Part shown: positions 46,072-55,457 of the stretch, piece after piece
Position numbering within the stretch: position 1 is the stretch's first letter
How the letters are laid out: each line of letters starts with the position of its first letter
NCBI GenBank assembly: GCA_965248695.1
Contig: CBDFKD010000002.1
Location: 1,408,001 to 1,472,000 of the forward strand
Direction of reading: 5' to 3'
From: Acidobacteriota bacterium
GTDB taxonomy: Bacteria > Acidobacteriota > UBA890 > WLXD01
Length of the DNA stretch: 64,000 nt
The notes under the pieces: generated by a model
What the model was told of the DNA's origin: nothing
The model's input: only the letters and a program-made list of their open reading frames with translations
Database searches by the model: none
Translations under genes and position numbers: made by a program

Positions 46072-47247
46072 ATGACAACCGACCCCTCGGCCAGCAGCGA
46101 ATCCGGCAACGGTCCCGGGGTCGGTCGACGACTAGCCGCCGACGCGCTCGCGGCCGTAATCGGCACGCTGCTGGCGTTCGTTCTGTTGCTCTACTTGCAC
46201 GGCGATCGGCATCCGGGCTGGACCTGGGCGCTCGTCTGCGGCGGCCTGGGCGGCGTCGCGATGCGCCGTTTCGTCCGCCCCAGCTACATCACCTTTCCGC
46301 CCTACCTGCGACGCCCGCTGAGCATCGGGGTGATCACGATGGGAACAGTCTTCGCCACCTGGGCCACACTCGCCCGGGAGCCTGCGTCGTACTGGTTGCT
46401 GCGCTGGCGCGAGGCGATCACTCTGCCCGTCGTCGGCGGAATCCTGGGCATCGGCCTGGCGTCGCTGATCTATACCTACCGACGTCTGGAACGCGAGATC
46501 GAGGCCAAGCAGCGGTTGGAGGACGACCTCCAGATCGCCAGCCGAATCCAGCAGAGCCTACTGCGCGGTCGCGTAGCGACACAGTCGTGGGTCGAGACTC
46601 ATGCGGTCAACATCGCCTCGCGACAGGTGGGCGGCGATTACTACGAGGTGCTGGATCGTGGCGAGCAGGGCATCTCCTTCGCGGTTGGCGACGTGTCCGG
46701 CAAGGGAGTCCCAGCGGCATTGCTCATGTCGTCCCTGCAATCCGCGTTTCTGGCTGCCTACTCGGTGCACGAAGACCTCGGCAAGGTCTGTGGGCTGGTC
46801 AATCGATTCCTCGTCGAGCGCACCACTCCGGAGCGCTACGCGACCTTCTTCGTCGGCCATCTGGCGCCGAACGGATGTCTGCGCTACGTCAATGCAGGCC
46901 ACAACCCCCCGCTGCTCATCAGCGCCCAAACCTCGGCGCGGCTGTTTGGCGGCGGGCGGCCACTGGGGCTGTTCAGCGACAGCGCCTACGAGCTGCAGGA
47001 GCGCGTCATGGAGGCCGACGAGATCCTGTTGGTCTACACCGACGGCGTCACCGAGGCAGCTGACGGCGGCGACAACGAGTTCGGCGAGGGGCGCCTGGAA
47101 CATGTGACGCGGGCGCATCAGGCCGCCACCGCCGCCGACATCAGCGCCGCTGTGCTGAGCGCAGTACACGACCACACCGGCCCGCTGGCCGATCAGGCAG
47201 ACGACATCACGCTCCTCGTACTGCGGCCACGCGAGCTCACGACGTGA
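46072..47247 (+). CDS. PP2C/SpoIIE-family protein phosphatase with 4-TM sensor
   Basis: IQQSLL, VGGDYY, GDVSGKGVPAALLM, NAGHNPP, YTDGVTEA, DDITL. Confidence 0.93.
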   Translation: MTTDPSASSESGNGPGVGRRLAADALAAVIGTLLAFVLLLYLHGDRHPGWTWALVCGGLGGVAMRRFVRPSYITFPPYLRRPLSIGVITMGTVFATWATLAREPASYWLLRWREAITLPVVGGILGIGLASLIYTYRRLEREIEAKQRLEDDLQIASRIQQSLLRGRVATQSWVETHAVNIASRQVGGDYYEVLDRGEQGISFAVGDVSGKGVPAALLMSSLQSAFLAAYSVHEDLGKVCGLVNRFLVERTTPERYATFFVGHLAPNGCLRYVNAGHNPPLLISAQTSARLFGGGRPLGLFSDSAYELQERVMEADEILLVYTDGVTEAADGGDNEFGEGRLEHVTRAHQAATAADISAAVLSAVHDHTGPLADQADDITLLVLRPRELTT

Positions 47248-48347
47248 GCCAGGCGACGACTCCCGCCGCCCGGCCAGCACACCGGATCGGGCTTCGAGGC
47301 GTGGTTTCGGACCTCGCCGCGGCTCTCGGCGGGGCGCTCGTGTCGCTGGTGTTGCTTTGGTACCTGCACGGCGGCTGGGAGCCGGGTTGGGCGTTGCTGT
47401 GTGGTGGCCTCAGCGGCATCGTCTTCCGGCGCCTCGTCGAACCCAGCTACGCGAGCTTTCCCTCCTACCTCCGCAACCCCATCGACAAGGCGCTGATCCT
47501 GCTGGGAACCATCGTTACGAGCTGGGCGACGCTCGTTAGGGAGCCCTCGTCGTACTGGCTGCTTCGCTGGCGCGAGGCCGTGACATTGCCCGCTCTGGCG
47601 GCGGTGCTGGGACTCGGGCTGGCCGGGGTGATCTACTCCCATGCACGCATGCGGCGGGAGATCGAGGCCGCCCGCGCCCGCGAGGCGGCAATGAGGGAAG
47701 CCGCCCTGCACGCGCGACTGCGGGCGCTGCAAGCGCAGATCAACCCACACTTCCTCTTCAACGCCTTCAACGCGCTCGCCGAGCTGACCCACGATGACCC
47801 AGCGGTCGCCGAGCAGCTCGTCGGCGACCTGGCGCACCTGCTTCGCTACACGCTGCGTTCGTCAGCCGAGGGTACAGTGCCGCTCTTCAGAGAGCTGGAG
47901 GCTGTCGGCCACTACATTCGAGTCGAGAAGGCGCGCCTCGGCGATCGCCTGCGATTCGAGCAAGAAGTCGATGCAGCTGCGCTGCAGCGCAGCATTCCGG
48001 GCCTGGTGCTGCAGCCACTGGTGGAGAACGCCGTCCAACACGCCGTTGCCACTCGCGCCGACGGCGGTACGGTCCGCCTCGGCGTGGAATGCACCGCCGA
48101 CATGTTGATCGTACGCGTCGAGGATGACGGGCCAGGCCTGCCGGATGAGTTGCAGCGACGGCTGGCATCGAGTGCCGCTGATGATGCATCCCTCGCCGAC
48201 GTCGAGCTCAGCCCGGGGACGGGTGGCGCCGGGGGCGGCCTGGCCAATGTCCTGCAACGCCTGGCGTTGCGCTACCGTGGCGCCGCCACGCTTGTGGCCG
48301 CCGGGCTCGATCCAGGAACCCGAATCGAGATGAGGATTCCGTCATGA
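47244..48347 (+). CDS. LytS/YehU-type histidine kinase with paralogous 4-TM sensor
   Basis: LQAQINPHFLFN, LQPLVENAVQH, VEDDGPG, GGGLANV. Confidence 0.93.
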   Translation: MSQATTPAARPAHRIGLRGVVSDLAAALGGALVSLVLLWYLHGGWEPGWALLCGGLSGIVFRRLVEPSYASFPSYLRNPIDKALILLGTIVTSWATLVREPSSYWLLRWREAVTLPALAAVLGLGLAGVIYSHARMRREIEAARAREAAMREAALHARLRALQAQINPHFLFNAFNALAELTHDDPAVAEQLVGDLAHLLRYTLRSSAEGTVPLFRELEAVGHYIRVEKARLGDRLRFEQEVDAAALQRSIPGLVLQPLVENAVQHAVATRADGGTVRLGVECTADMLIVRVEDDGPGLPDELQRRLASSAADDASLADVELSPGTGGAGGGLANVLQRLALRYRGAATLVAAGLDPGTRIEMRIPS

Positions 48348-49117
48348 GCGTCCGCGCCGTAGCTGTCGACGATGAGCCGCTTGCCCGGCGGCGTTTGAAG
48401 AGGCTGCTCGGCGAGCACAGCGATATCGAGCTCGTCGGCATGGCGACCAACGGCACGGATGCCATCAAGGTAGTGCTCGAAGAGCGCCCGGACGTGGTCT
48501 TTCTGGACGTGCGAATGCCCGACAAGGACGGCTTGGAGACGCTGCGTGCGCTGCACGAGTTGCTACCTCAGAACGTGCGGCCGTTGGCCGTGTTCACCAC
48601 CGCCTACGAGGACCACGCCGTCGACGCGTTCGCTCTCGAGGGTACCGACTATCTCGTCAAGCCGATCGATCGCGAACAATTGTCGCGCGCCCTGAGACGC
48701 GTGCGGCAGGCACTCTGGCAGCGGCGCCCGCAGACCGACGAGGCGAGCGCCGCCGCCCCGGAGGCGGAGGCGAGCCGACGGGTGAGCGGCCACCTGGCCG
48801 GCCACCGAGCCAGCAAAATCGTCAACCTCCAGCTCGAGGACATCGCCTGTGTGAGCGTGGAGGACACCATCACCTGGGCAGATACGCCGCAGGGACGCTT
48901 CCGACTCAAGCTGGCGCTCCACGAGGCCGAGGAGCGACTGCCCTCGCCGCCGTTCGTTCGCGTGTCGCGCGCTGCGATCGTCAACCTGGAATGGATCGAT
49001 CACCTGGCACCCATGTTCTCGGGCACATACACCGCGGTGCTGCGGTCGGCGGTAGGCATCCAGGTACACGTTTCTCGACGCCGCGCCCGCGGGCTGCGCG
49101 AGCTACTCGGATGGTAG
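48344..49117 (+). CDS. LytTR-family response regulator
   Basis: DDEPLAR, FLDVRMP, TTAY, DYLVKP, FVRVSRAAIVN, VSRRR. Confidence 0.95.
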   Translation: MSVRAVAVDDEPLARRRLKRLLGEHSDIELVGMATNGTDAIKVVLEERPDVVFLDVRMPDKDGLETLRALHELLPQNVRPLAVFTTAYEDHAVDAFALEGTDYLVKPIDREQLSRALRRVRQALWQRRPQTDEASAAAPEAEASRRVSGHLAGHRASKIVNLQLEDIACVSVEDTITWADTPQGRFRLKLALHEAEERLPSPPFVRVSRAAIVNLEWIDHLAPMFSGTYTAVLRSAVGIQVHVSRRRARGLRELLGW

Positions 49118-49379
49118 TCACCGCCCCGAGGCCAAGGCTCACGTGGCCGCTCGGGGACCGCAATCGACCGATGGCACGGCCACCCGGCCATTCCACCTCT
49201 TTCCGTGGGCGAGCCCCGGCAGCACTGCGATACTCGAAGCTGTCGCGTTCCACCGCCCGCAGCAACCTCGGAAGTAACACATGAGAGTCGTCACGCCGCT
49301 GAGCTTCCCCCGCAACGAACAGACGAACCGGCCCTCGCCGTGCCGGGACATCCAGCGCCTCGAGCGGCGCGGCGCGAGG

Positions 49380-50603
49380 ATGCAGCGGCTGGTCATGCTG
49401 GGACTGGCCGCCCTCGTGGCGTTGAGCCTGCCCGCCGGGACCGACGGGGTTGCGTCCGCGTCATCCGTACCGTCGAGCAGCCAGGATCCTGCCGAGCCTC
49501 CACCCACGCCGGCCCCGGAGCAGTCGATGCCAGCGATCGAGCCTCCGGCGCGACCCCGCTTCGACAGCGTGATCAGCGAGCGGGTGCGCGATATAGGCGG
49601 CGACATCTTCCTATGGGGTCAAAGCGTCACGCTGGCCGGACGCGTCGGTCACAACGCTTTCTTCGGGGCGCAAACTGGCACCGTCGCAGGACACGTCGAG
49701 GGCGACGTCTTCGCGTGGGCGGGCGGGATCACGGTGTCGGGAGAGATCGACGGCGACCTGTACGTCGGCACCGGCGGCGCCACGATCATGGAAGGCGCCG
49801 AGATCCACGGCAACCTGCTCTGCTTCTGCGGCTCGCTGAACATGGACGGATCCGTTGGCGGAGCCCTACTCGGAAGCGCCGGCGGCGCCAGTATCAGCGG
49901 CACTGTTTACGCCATCGACATGGAGGTCGGCCAGCTGACCTTGACAGAGACCGCCGTCGTTCTTGGCGACATCACCTACGAGTCCAACGACGAGGCAGAG
50001 ATCGCCGACACGGCGCAGATTGGTGGCCAGCTGAACTGGAACCGTGAAGTGGAGTCCGACGACGAAGACGAGGCGGACGAAGCGCCGGGGTTCAGTTTCT
50101 GGAGCATTGGCTGGAAGATCTGGGCTTACCTGAGCAACTTGATCGTCGGTGCGGTGTTCTTGCTTCTCGGCGGCTCGGCCGCCCGCGCACCGGCGGCGAG
50201 GCTGCGCAGCGCACCCGCGCCGGGGCTCGGCTTCGGCTTCGTGGTTACGGTGGTCTTCCCGGTTGCCTGCCTGGTCGCCATCGCCCTGATCGTGACCCTA
50301 CCGCTGGGCATCCTGGGCCTCATGATCTTCGCCCTCGCCGCCTTCATCGCACGCCTGGTGACCGCACAGTTCGTCGGCGACTGGCTGCTGGGCCGGCTCG
50401 GCAGCGCCGGTTCTTCAGAATACCTATCGCTAGCCGCCGGACTACTGCTCTTGTTCGTAGTGGCGGAGATTCCGTATGTCGGCTTCCTGATCCGCATGGT
50501 GGCGATCATCCTCGGTATCGGCGGCATCTATCTGGCGCTCCGGGCCGGCGGGTTCCCGTCCGTAGCGCCGCCTCAGCCGCCCGTAGGAATGCCCGGCGAG
50601 TGA
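49380..50603 (+). CDS. bactofilin/polymer-forming-like beta-helix protein with C-terminal membrane domain
   Basis: Signal peptide, repeated G.V.GD motifs (GHVEGDVF, GEIDGDLY, EIHGNL, VLGDITY), then about 5 TM helices. Confidence 0.75.
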   Translation: MQRLVMLGLAALVALSLPAGTDGVASASSVPSSSQDPAEPPPTPAPEQSMPAIEPPARPRFDSVISERVRDIGGDIFLWGQSVTLAGRVGHNAFFGAQTGTVAGHVEGDVFAWAGGITVSGEIDGDLYVGTGGATIMEGAEIHGNLLCFCGSLNMDGSVGGALLGSAGGASISGTVYAIDMEVGQLTLTETAVVLGDITYESNDEAEIADTAQIGGQLNWNREVESDDEDEADEAPGFSFWSIGWKIWAYLSNLIVGAVFLLLGGSAARAPAARLRSAPAPGLGFGFVVTVVFPVACLVAIALIVTLPLGILGLMIFALAAFIARLVTAQFVGDWLLGRLGSAGSSEYLSLAAGLLLLFVVAEIPYVGFLIRMVAIILGIGGIYLALRAGGFPSVAPPQPPVGMPGE

Positions 50604-50610
50604 GTCACAC

Positions 50611-51540
50611 GTGGTAATCCAGGCAACCGGACTGCGGAAAGACTACGGCTCAACGGTGGCGCTCCGCGGCGTCGACCTCGAGATCGACGGTGGCGGCGTG
50701 GTGGGGATCCTGGGGCCCAACGGCGCCGGCAAGACGACGCTCGTGGAGATCCTCGAGGGACTCCGACAACCGACCTCCGGAAGTGTGTCGGTTCTGGGGC
50801 TCGATCCGTCGACGCAGAGTCGGGCGCTCAAAGAGCGTCTCGGGGTGCAGTTGCAAACGACGCCGCTGCCTACCGAGCTCACGGTGCGAGAGCTGCTCGA
50901 CCTGTTTGCTTCGTTCTACGCGTCGGCGCAGCCTGCCGAGGCAATCCTGGAGCGCGTCGATCTGGAAGAACAAGCCGATCAGAAGGCCGACACCCTGTCG
51001 GGTGGGCAGAAGCAGCGCCTGGCGATCGGCATCGCTCTCATCCATGACCCCGAGCTGGTCATGCTCGACGAGCCCACTACCGGCCTCGATCCGAAAGCGC
51101 GCCGCGATCTCCATCAGGTCGTCCGGGAGCTTCGTGCCCAGGGACGGACGACGTTGCTGACGACGCATTACATCGAAGAGGCCGAGCACCTGTGTGACCG
51201 CGTCATCATCATGCGGCACGGCGAGATCGTTGCCGACGGCACGCCTTTCGATCTGGTGGGACAGTCGCAGGAATCTTCGACCATCTGGATCCAGGTCGAC
51301 GGCACCATGGATCCTGCGCCTCTGCTGGCAGCGGGTGTGGAGCCCCTCGGGGAGCAAGGCGGCCACCACAAGTTCTCCACGGCCGATCCGACCGAGACGA
51401 TCCTGGCGCTTGGCGACATGCTCCGATCGCAGCATCTGCGCCTGATCGACCTACGCCTCAAGCGTCCAACGCTGGAGGATGTCTATCTCGAGCTGATGGG
51501 AAGCGACGCCAACAACGAGGACGAAGAGGTGCCGTCGTGA
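50611..51540 (+). CDS. ABC-2 type exporter ATP-binding protein
   Basis: GPNGAGKTT, LSGGQKQR, LDEPTTGLDP, TTHYIEEAE, PTLEDVYL. Confidence 0.94.
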   Translation: MVIQATGLRKDYGSTVALRGVDLEIDGGGVVGILGPNGAGKTTLVEILEGLRQPTSGSVSVLGLDPSTQSRALKERLGVQLQTTPLPTELTVRELLDLFASFYASAQPAEAILERVDLEEQADQKADTLSGGQKQRLAIGIALIHDPELVMLDEPTTGLDPKARRDLHQVVRELRAQGRTTLLTTHYIEEAEHLCDRVIIMRHGEIVADGTPFDLVGQSQESSTIWIQVDGTMDPAPLLAAGVEPLGEQGGHHKFSTADPTETILALGDMLRSQHLRLIDLRLKRPTLEDVYLELMGSDANNEDEEVPS

Positions 51541-52388
51541 GCCAACTACGCGGATTGGGCCCGTTGACGCGCGCCGGACTGCTGCAGGCGTTCCGCTCAC
51601 CGACGGCGATCTTCTGGAGCATGATCTTTCCGCTCATCTGGCTCTTTCTCTTCGGCTTCATCTTCTTCCGCGGTGCCGGCGACAAGGTCCTGATGATGCC
51701 CGGGCTGTTCACCATCAGCATCATGTCCGGCTCGTTCTTCGGTGTCTCGTACCTGATGGTGCAGGAACGCGAGGCCGGAATCCTGCGCCGCTATCGCGCC
51801 ACACCGGTGTCGGCCGCGACGATCGTCATGGCGAACGGCATCCGGGCAATCGTAACCATGTCGCTTTCGGTCGCTACGCAGGCGATCGTGGGCTGGCTGG
51901 TATTCCGCTACCAGGTCGACGGATCGCTTCTGCTCACAATCCTGGTTCTGCTCATCGGCGCGGCGGCATTCGTGCCCCTGGGTCTGTTCGTGGGAAGCGT
52001 CGCACAGGACATGCGCAGCGCACCGGCGATCACCAACCTGCTGTTCTTCCCCATGATTTTCGGATCTGGCGCGGCGTTGCCAGCATTCCTATTGCCCGGG
52101 TGGGCGCAGACGGCGTCACGGATGGTCCCCTCGAGTTACCTCGTCGAGTCGCTCCACGGCGTGATGGTCCGCGGTTACGGGGTAGCGCAATTGATGGGGC
52201 CCGTGTCGGTGCTGCTGGTGACCATGGGCGTCGGCATCTGGGCAAACAGTCGCCTGTTCCGCTGGGAAAGCAGCGAGCCGGTCGACCGCCGCAACCTGCT
52301 GCTGATCGTGGCGGTGATCGCCGCGGTCTACCTGCTGGCGGCGCTGGTAGCGCCAGCGTTCCAGATGACACGCGCGCCGGGCAACTAG
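51537..52388 (+). CDS. ABC-2 type exporter permease
   Basis: ERE.GILRRYRATP, FFPMIF.SG, LPGW; 6-7 TM. Confidence 0.92.
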   Translation: MSQLRGLGPLTRAGLLQAFRSPTAIFWSMIFPLIWLFLFGFIFFRGAGDKVLMMPGLFTISIMSGSFFGVSYLMVQEREAGILRRYRATPVSAATIVMANGIRAIVTMSLSVATQAIVGWLVFRYQVDGSLLLTILVLLIGAAAFVPLGLFVGSVAQDMRSAPAITNLLFFPMIFGSGAALPAFLLPGWAQTASRMVPSSYLVESLHGVMVRGYGVAQLMGPVSVLLVTMGVGIWANSRLFRWESSEPVDRRNLLLIVAVIAAVYLLAALVAPAFQMTRAPGN

Positions 52389-52515
52389 CGACGATCGAAC
52401 GCGCCGCGGCGGACCGGCGGACGCCCACTAAAGGGCTTCGACCGGCCGTGCGGCCGGGCTATTCTCTGTCGGTAGCCAGTCGTGACAGGCGTTTCTCGTT
52501 CCGCCGGAGTACGCA

Positions 52516-54177
52516 ATGCTGAAGCTCAGCCGCGCAGATCTCGTGCTGACCGCCCTCGGGGCCGTCGGTCTGACGGCCATCGTCGCGCTCCACGAGTCGG
52601 CGTTCCCGTTGGCGCTGGTGGAAATGGAGGTTACTCGCGAAGGAGCGGTCGCCAGGGCCACCGAGTTCGTAGAGGAGCTGGGCGCCGATCTCGACGACTT
52701 CCGACAGGCGGCGATCTTCTCGGGCGACAGCGAGGCCCTCAACTTCCTGCAACGCACTGTCGGCGACGAAGAAGCGGGACGCTGGGCGCGCGAAGAGGTT
52801 CCCGTTTGGCGTTGGGACGTTCGCTGGTTCAAGCCGCTGGATGCCGAAGAGTGGCTGGCGGAGGTGGGTGTCGACGGAGAGGTCGTTGCATTCCGGCACG
52901 TGGTAGAGGAGGCGGCCGCGGGGGCCGATCTGGAGGAGCCCGCGGCTCGCGCAACCGCCGAGGATTTCCTTCGTGCGAGGGGTTGGGATCTGTCGCGCCT
53001 GGAGGCCGTGTCCGCGTCGGCGGACCGGAAGGACAACCGCACGGATCATCTGTTCGTGTGGAAGGTCCGTGGTACCGACATCGTCTGGCGCCCGGACAAC
53101 GATCAGGCAGGCACCGGGTATGCGCGACTGTCGGTGCGTGTGCTGGGCGACGAGGTTGGCGGCTACGTGCGGTCCATGCGCGTACCCGAGGAATTCTCGC
53201 GTGAGCTACAGGGAGTGCTCAGCGTCGGCAGCTTGCTGGCGGTCGGCAGCATCGTACTGACCGTGCTGCTCGCGCTAGCCGGCATGGGCATCGCGATCGC
53301 GCGCTACCGAACCGGCAACATCGAGTGGCGTGTGGCGATCATCTGCGGCGCGATCGTCGGCCTGATGTTCGCCATCTACACCGCCTCGAGCTGGCCTAAC
53401 GTGTTGTTCTCCTACCAGACCCAGATCGGCTGGCCGGTGTTCGTCGGCATGTCGGTGCTCGCGCTAACGCTCAGCGCCGTTTTCTACACCGTGTTCGTCA
53501 TGTTCCCGACGGCCGCCGGCGAGTCGATGGCGCGCGACTACTTTCCCGCCAGCATCGACGGCTTCGCGGACGCCGTGCGCGGCAAGATATTCAATCGTCA
53601 CTTCGGTGCCGCGGCGTTGCGCGGCTATGCGCTGGCCGCCGCCCTGCTTGGCTTCCTGACCGGTTTCTACTGGTTCGCACAGCGCTATCTGGGAGCGTGG
53701 CTACCGGCCGAGGGCCCGTATTCGGAGATCTTCAACAACCTGTACCCGTTCCTGACACCGCTGACCATCTCGCTCGTGGCGGCGATCTCCGAAGAGACCA
53801 TCTACCGGTTGTTCGGTATCTCGCTGTTCAAGAAGCTGTCCGGGTCGACCGCGGTGGCGCTGCTGATCCCTGCAGCGATCTGGGCGTTCGGACATTCGAA
53901 CTACCCCGTGTTTCCGGTATATATCCGCGGCATCGAGCTCACCATCGTCGGCACGCTCTTCGGCATCGCCTTCCTGCGCTTCGGGCTGGTCACCTGCATC
54001 GTCGCCCACTACGTCATCGATGCCGTGGCACTGGGGCTCCCCCTGGTCACCAGCGGCAACTCGACGTACCTGGTCAGCGGCCTGACGATCATCGGCCTGG
54101 CTCTGCTGCCGGGAGTGGTGGGTCTGGTTGCCGGCCGTGATCGTCCTGATCCCCCGTTGGCGGCGGCGCACACGTAG
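52516..54177 (+). CDS. CPBP (CAAX/Abi) intramembrane glutamic protease with extracytoplasmic N-terminal domain
   Basis: AISEETIYR, WAFGH, IVAHYVID motifs. Confidence 0.9.
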   Translation: MLKLSRADLVLTALGAVGLTAIVALHESAFPLALVEMEVTREGAVARATEFVEELGADLDDFRQAAIFSGDSEALNFLQRTVGDEEAGRWAREEVPVWRWDVRWFKPLDAEEWLAEVGVDGEVVAFRHVVEEAAAGADLEEPAARATAEDFLRARGWDLSRLEAVSASADRKDNRTDHLFVWKVRGTDIVWRPDNDQAGTGYARLSVRVLGDEVGGYVRSMRVPEEFSRELQGVLSVGSLLAVGSIVLTVLLALAGMGIAIARYRTGNIEWRVAIICGAIVGLMFAIYTASSWPNVLFSYQTQIGWPVFVGMSVLALTLSAVFYTVFVMFPTAAGESMARDYFPASIDGFADAVRGKIFNRHFGAAALRGYALAAALLGFLTGFYWFAQRYLGAWLPAEGPYSEIFNNLYPFLTPLTISLVAAISEETIYRLFGISLFKKLSGSTAVALLIPAAIWAFGHSNYPVFPVYIRGIELTIVGTLFGIAFLRFGLVTCIVAHYVIDAVALGLPLVTSGNSTYLVSGLTIIGLALLPGVVGLVAGRDRPDPPLAAAHT

Positions 54178-54356
54178 CAGCCACCACAGCGAATCGTCGC
54201 TCGAACGTCCGTGCGGCTCGGTTGGCAGATCCACGCCCGCAGGCAAACCCGCGGGGTGCATGTCGCCGGGCGAGGGCGCATTGTCGATCGAGTCCGACGC
54301 GCACGCGGCGCGATAGCATGGCGGCGTTCGGCCCTGTCGTGAACCCGGAGCGTCCG

Positions 54357-55250
54357 ATGCTGAGAGCCCAACGTCCGATCCACACCGTCGCGTTCCTCGT
54401 CGTCGTATCGGCCGGAGCATTGCTGCTGGCGACCTCGGCCACGGCTCAGCAAGGTCCCGAGCACGGTTCCCTGGTTATCGTCGGCGGCGCCATGCGCGAT
54501 CCGCAGATTCTCGATCGCTTCATTCAGCTGGCGGGCGGCAACGACGCCGCCATCGTGGTGGTCCCGACCGCAGGCGGTGCGGCCGACTACGACGACAGCT
54601 GGGGCGGCATGGACACCTTTCGTGAAGCCGCGGCCGCCAGCGTGACGCTGCTGCACACTTACGACCCTGAGGTCGCCGACCGCGAGGGCTTCGCGGCGCC
54701 GATCCGTGAGGCCACCGGCGTCTGGTTCACCGGTGGCCGGCAATGGCGACTGGCGGACGCTTACCTCGGTACCCGAGTCGACACCGAGCTACGCGCCTTG
54801 CTGGGACGGGGCGGCGTGATCGGCGGATCCTCGGCCGGGGCAACGATCCAGGGCGACTATCTAGCACGTGGCGATAGCAGCACGAACACCATCATGATGG
54901 GCGATCACGAACAGGGGTTCGCCTTCGTCGAGGGTGTGGCGATCGACCAACATCTGCTACAGCGCAACCGCCAGTTCGACCTGCTCGAGATCGTCGGTGC
55001 ACGCCCCGATCTTCTCGGCATCGGGATCGACGAGGACACCGCGATCGTCGTGCGCGGCAACCGGTTCGAGGTGATCGGCTGCGGCTACGTGGCGATCTAC
55101 GATGCCCAGCGCCAGATAGACAGCGGTGGCAGCTTCTATTTCCTCGCCCCGGGGGACCTCTACGACCTGGCGGCGCGCGAGGCCTCGCGGCCCCAAACAG
55201 TGTTGCGACCGCTGGACCGCGTGGTCAGGCGTAAGTCATCGAAACAGTGA
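54357..55250 (+). CDS. cyanophycinase (S51 peptidase), signal-peptide bearing
   Basis: LVIVGG, VPTA, FTGGRQ, GGSSAGA, IDQH..RNR, GIGIDEDTA. Confidence 0.9.
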   Translation: MLRAQRPIHTVAFLVVVSAGALLLATSATAQQGPEHGSLVIVGGAMRDPQILDRFIQLAGGNDAAIVVVPTAGGAADYDDSWGGMDTFREAAAASVTLLHTYDPEVADREGFAAPIREATGVWFTGGRQWRLADAYLGTRVDTELRALLGRGGVIGGSSAGATIQGDYLARGDSSTNTIMMGDHEQGFAFVEGVAIDQHLLQRNRQFDLLEIVGARPDLLGIGIDEDTAIVVRGNRFEVIGCGYVAIYDAQRQIDSGGSFYFLAPGDLYDLAAREASRPQTVLRPLDRVVRRKSSKQ

Positions 55251-55457
55251 GCGCTGGCGCGGCGCGGACGTCTCCTTATGGCCTGGTATCCGGCCCATCG
55301 ACTTCGCGTGTAGATAGGCGGCGCGGGTAGCGCGGGCCGGGACAAGCCCGGCAACCGGTGGCCACGAGCGGACGAATTTCGCCAGAGCAGCTTTTCGTCT
55401 TCTGATTGTGCCCTCGGACGGTCAATACTCAGCGAAACCGACTTCCAAGAGGAGCCG

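Noticed and set aside
49145-49195. LytTR direct-repeat binding site (GGCCGCTCG / GACCGATGG / GGCCATTCC at about 21-nt spacing)
   Set aside because: Position is suggestive, but the repeats are too degenerate in GC-rich DNA to call by eye.
54241-54300. c-di-GMP-I riboswitch (GGCAAACCC...)
   Set aside because: Lacks the GAAA-capped P2 and the downstream GCAAAGC/P3 elements; only the first motif matches.
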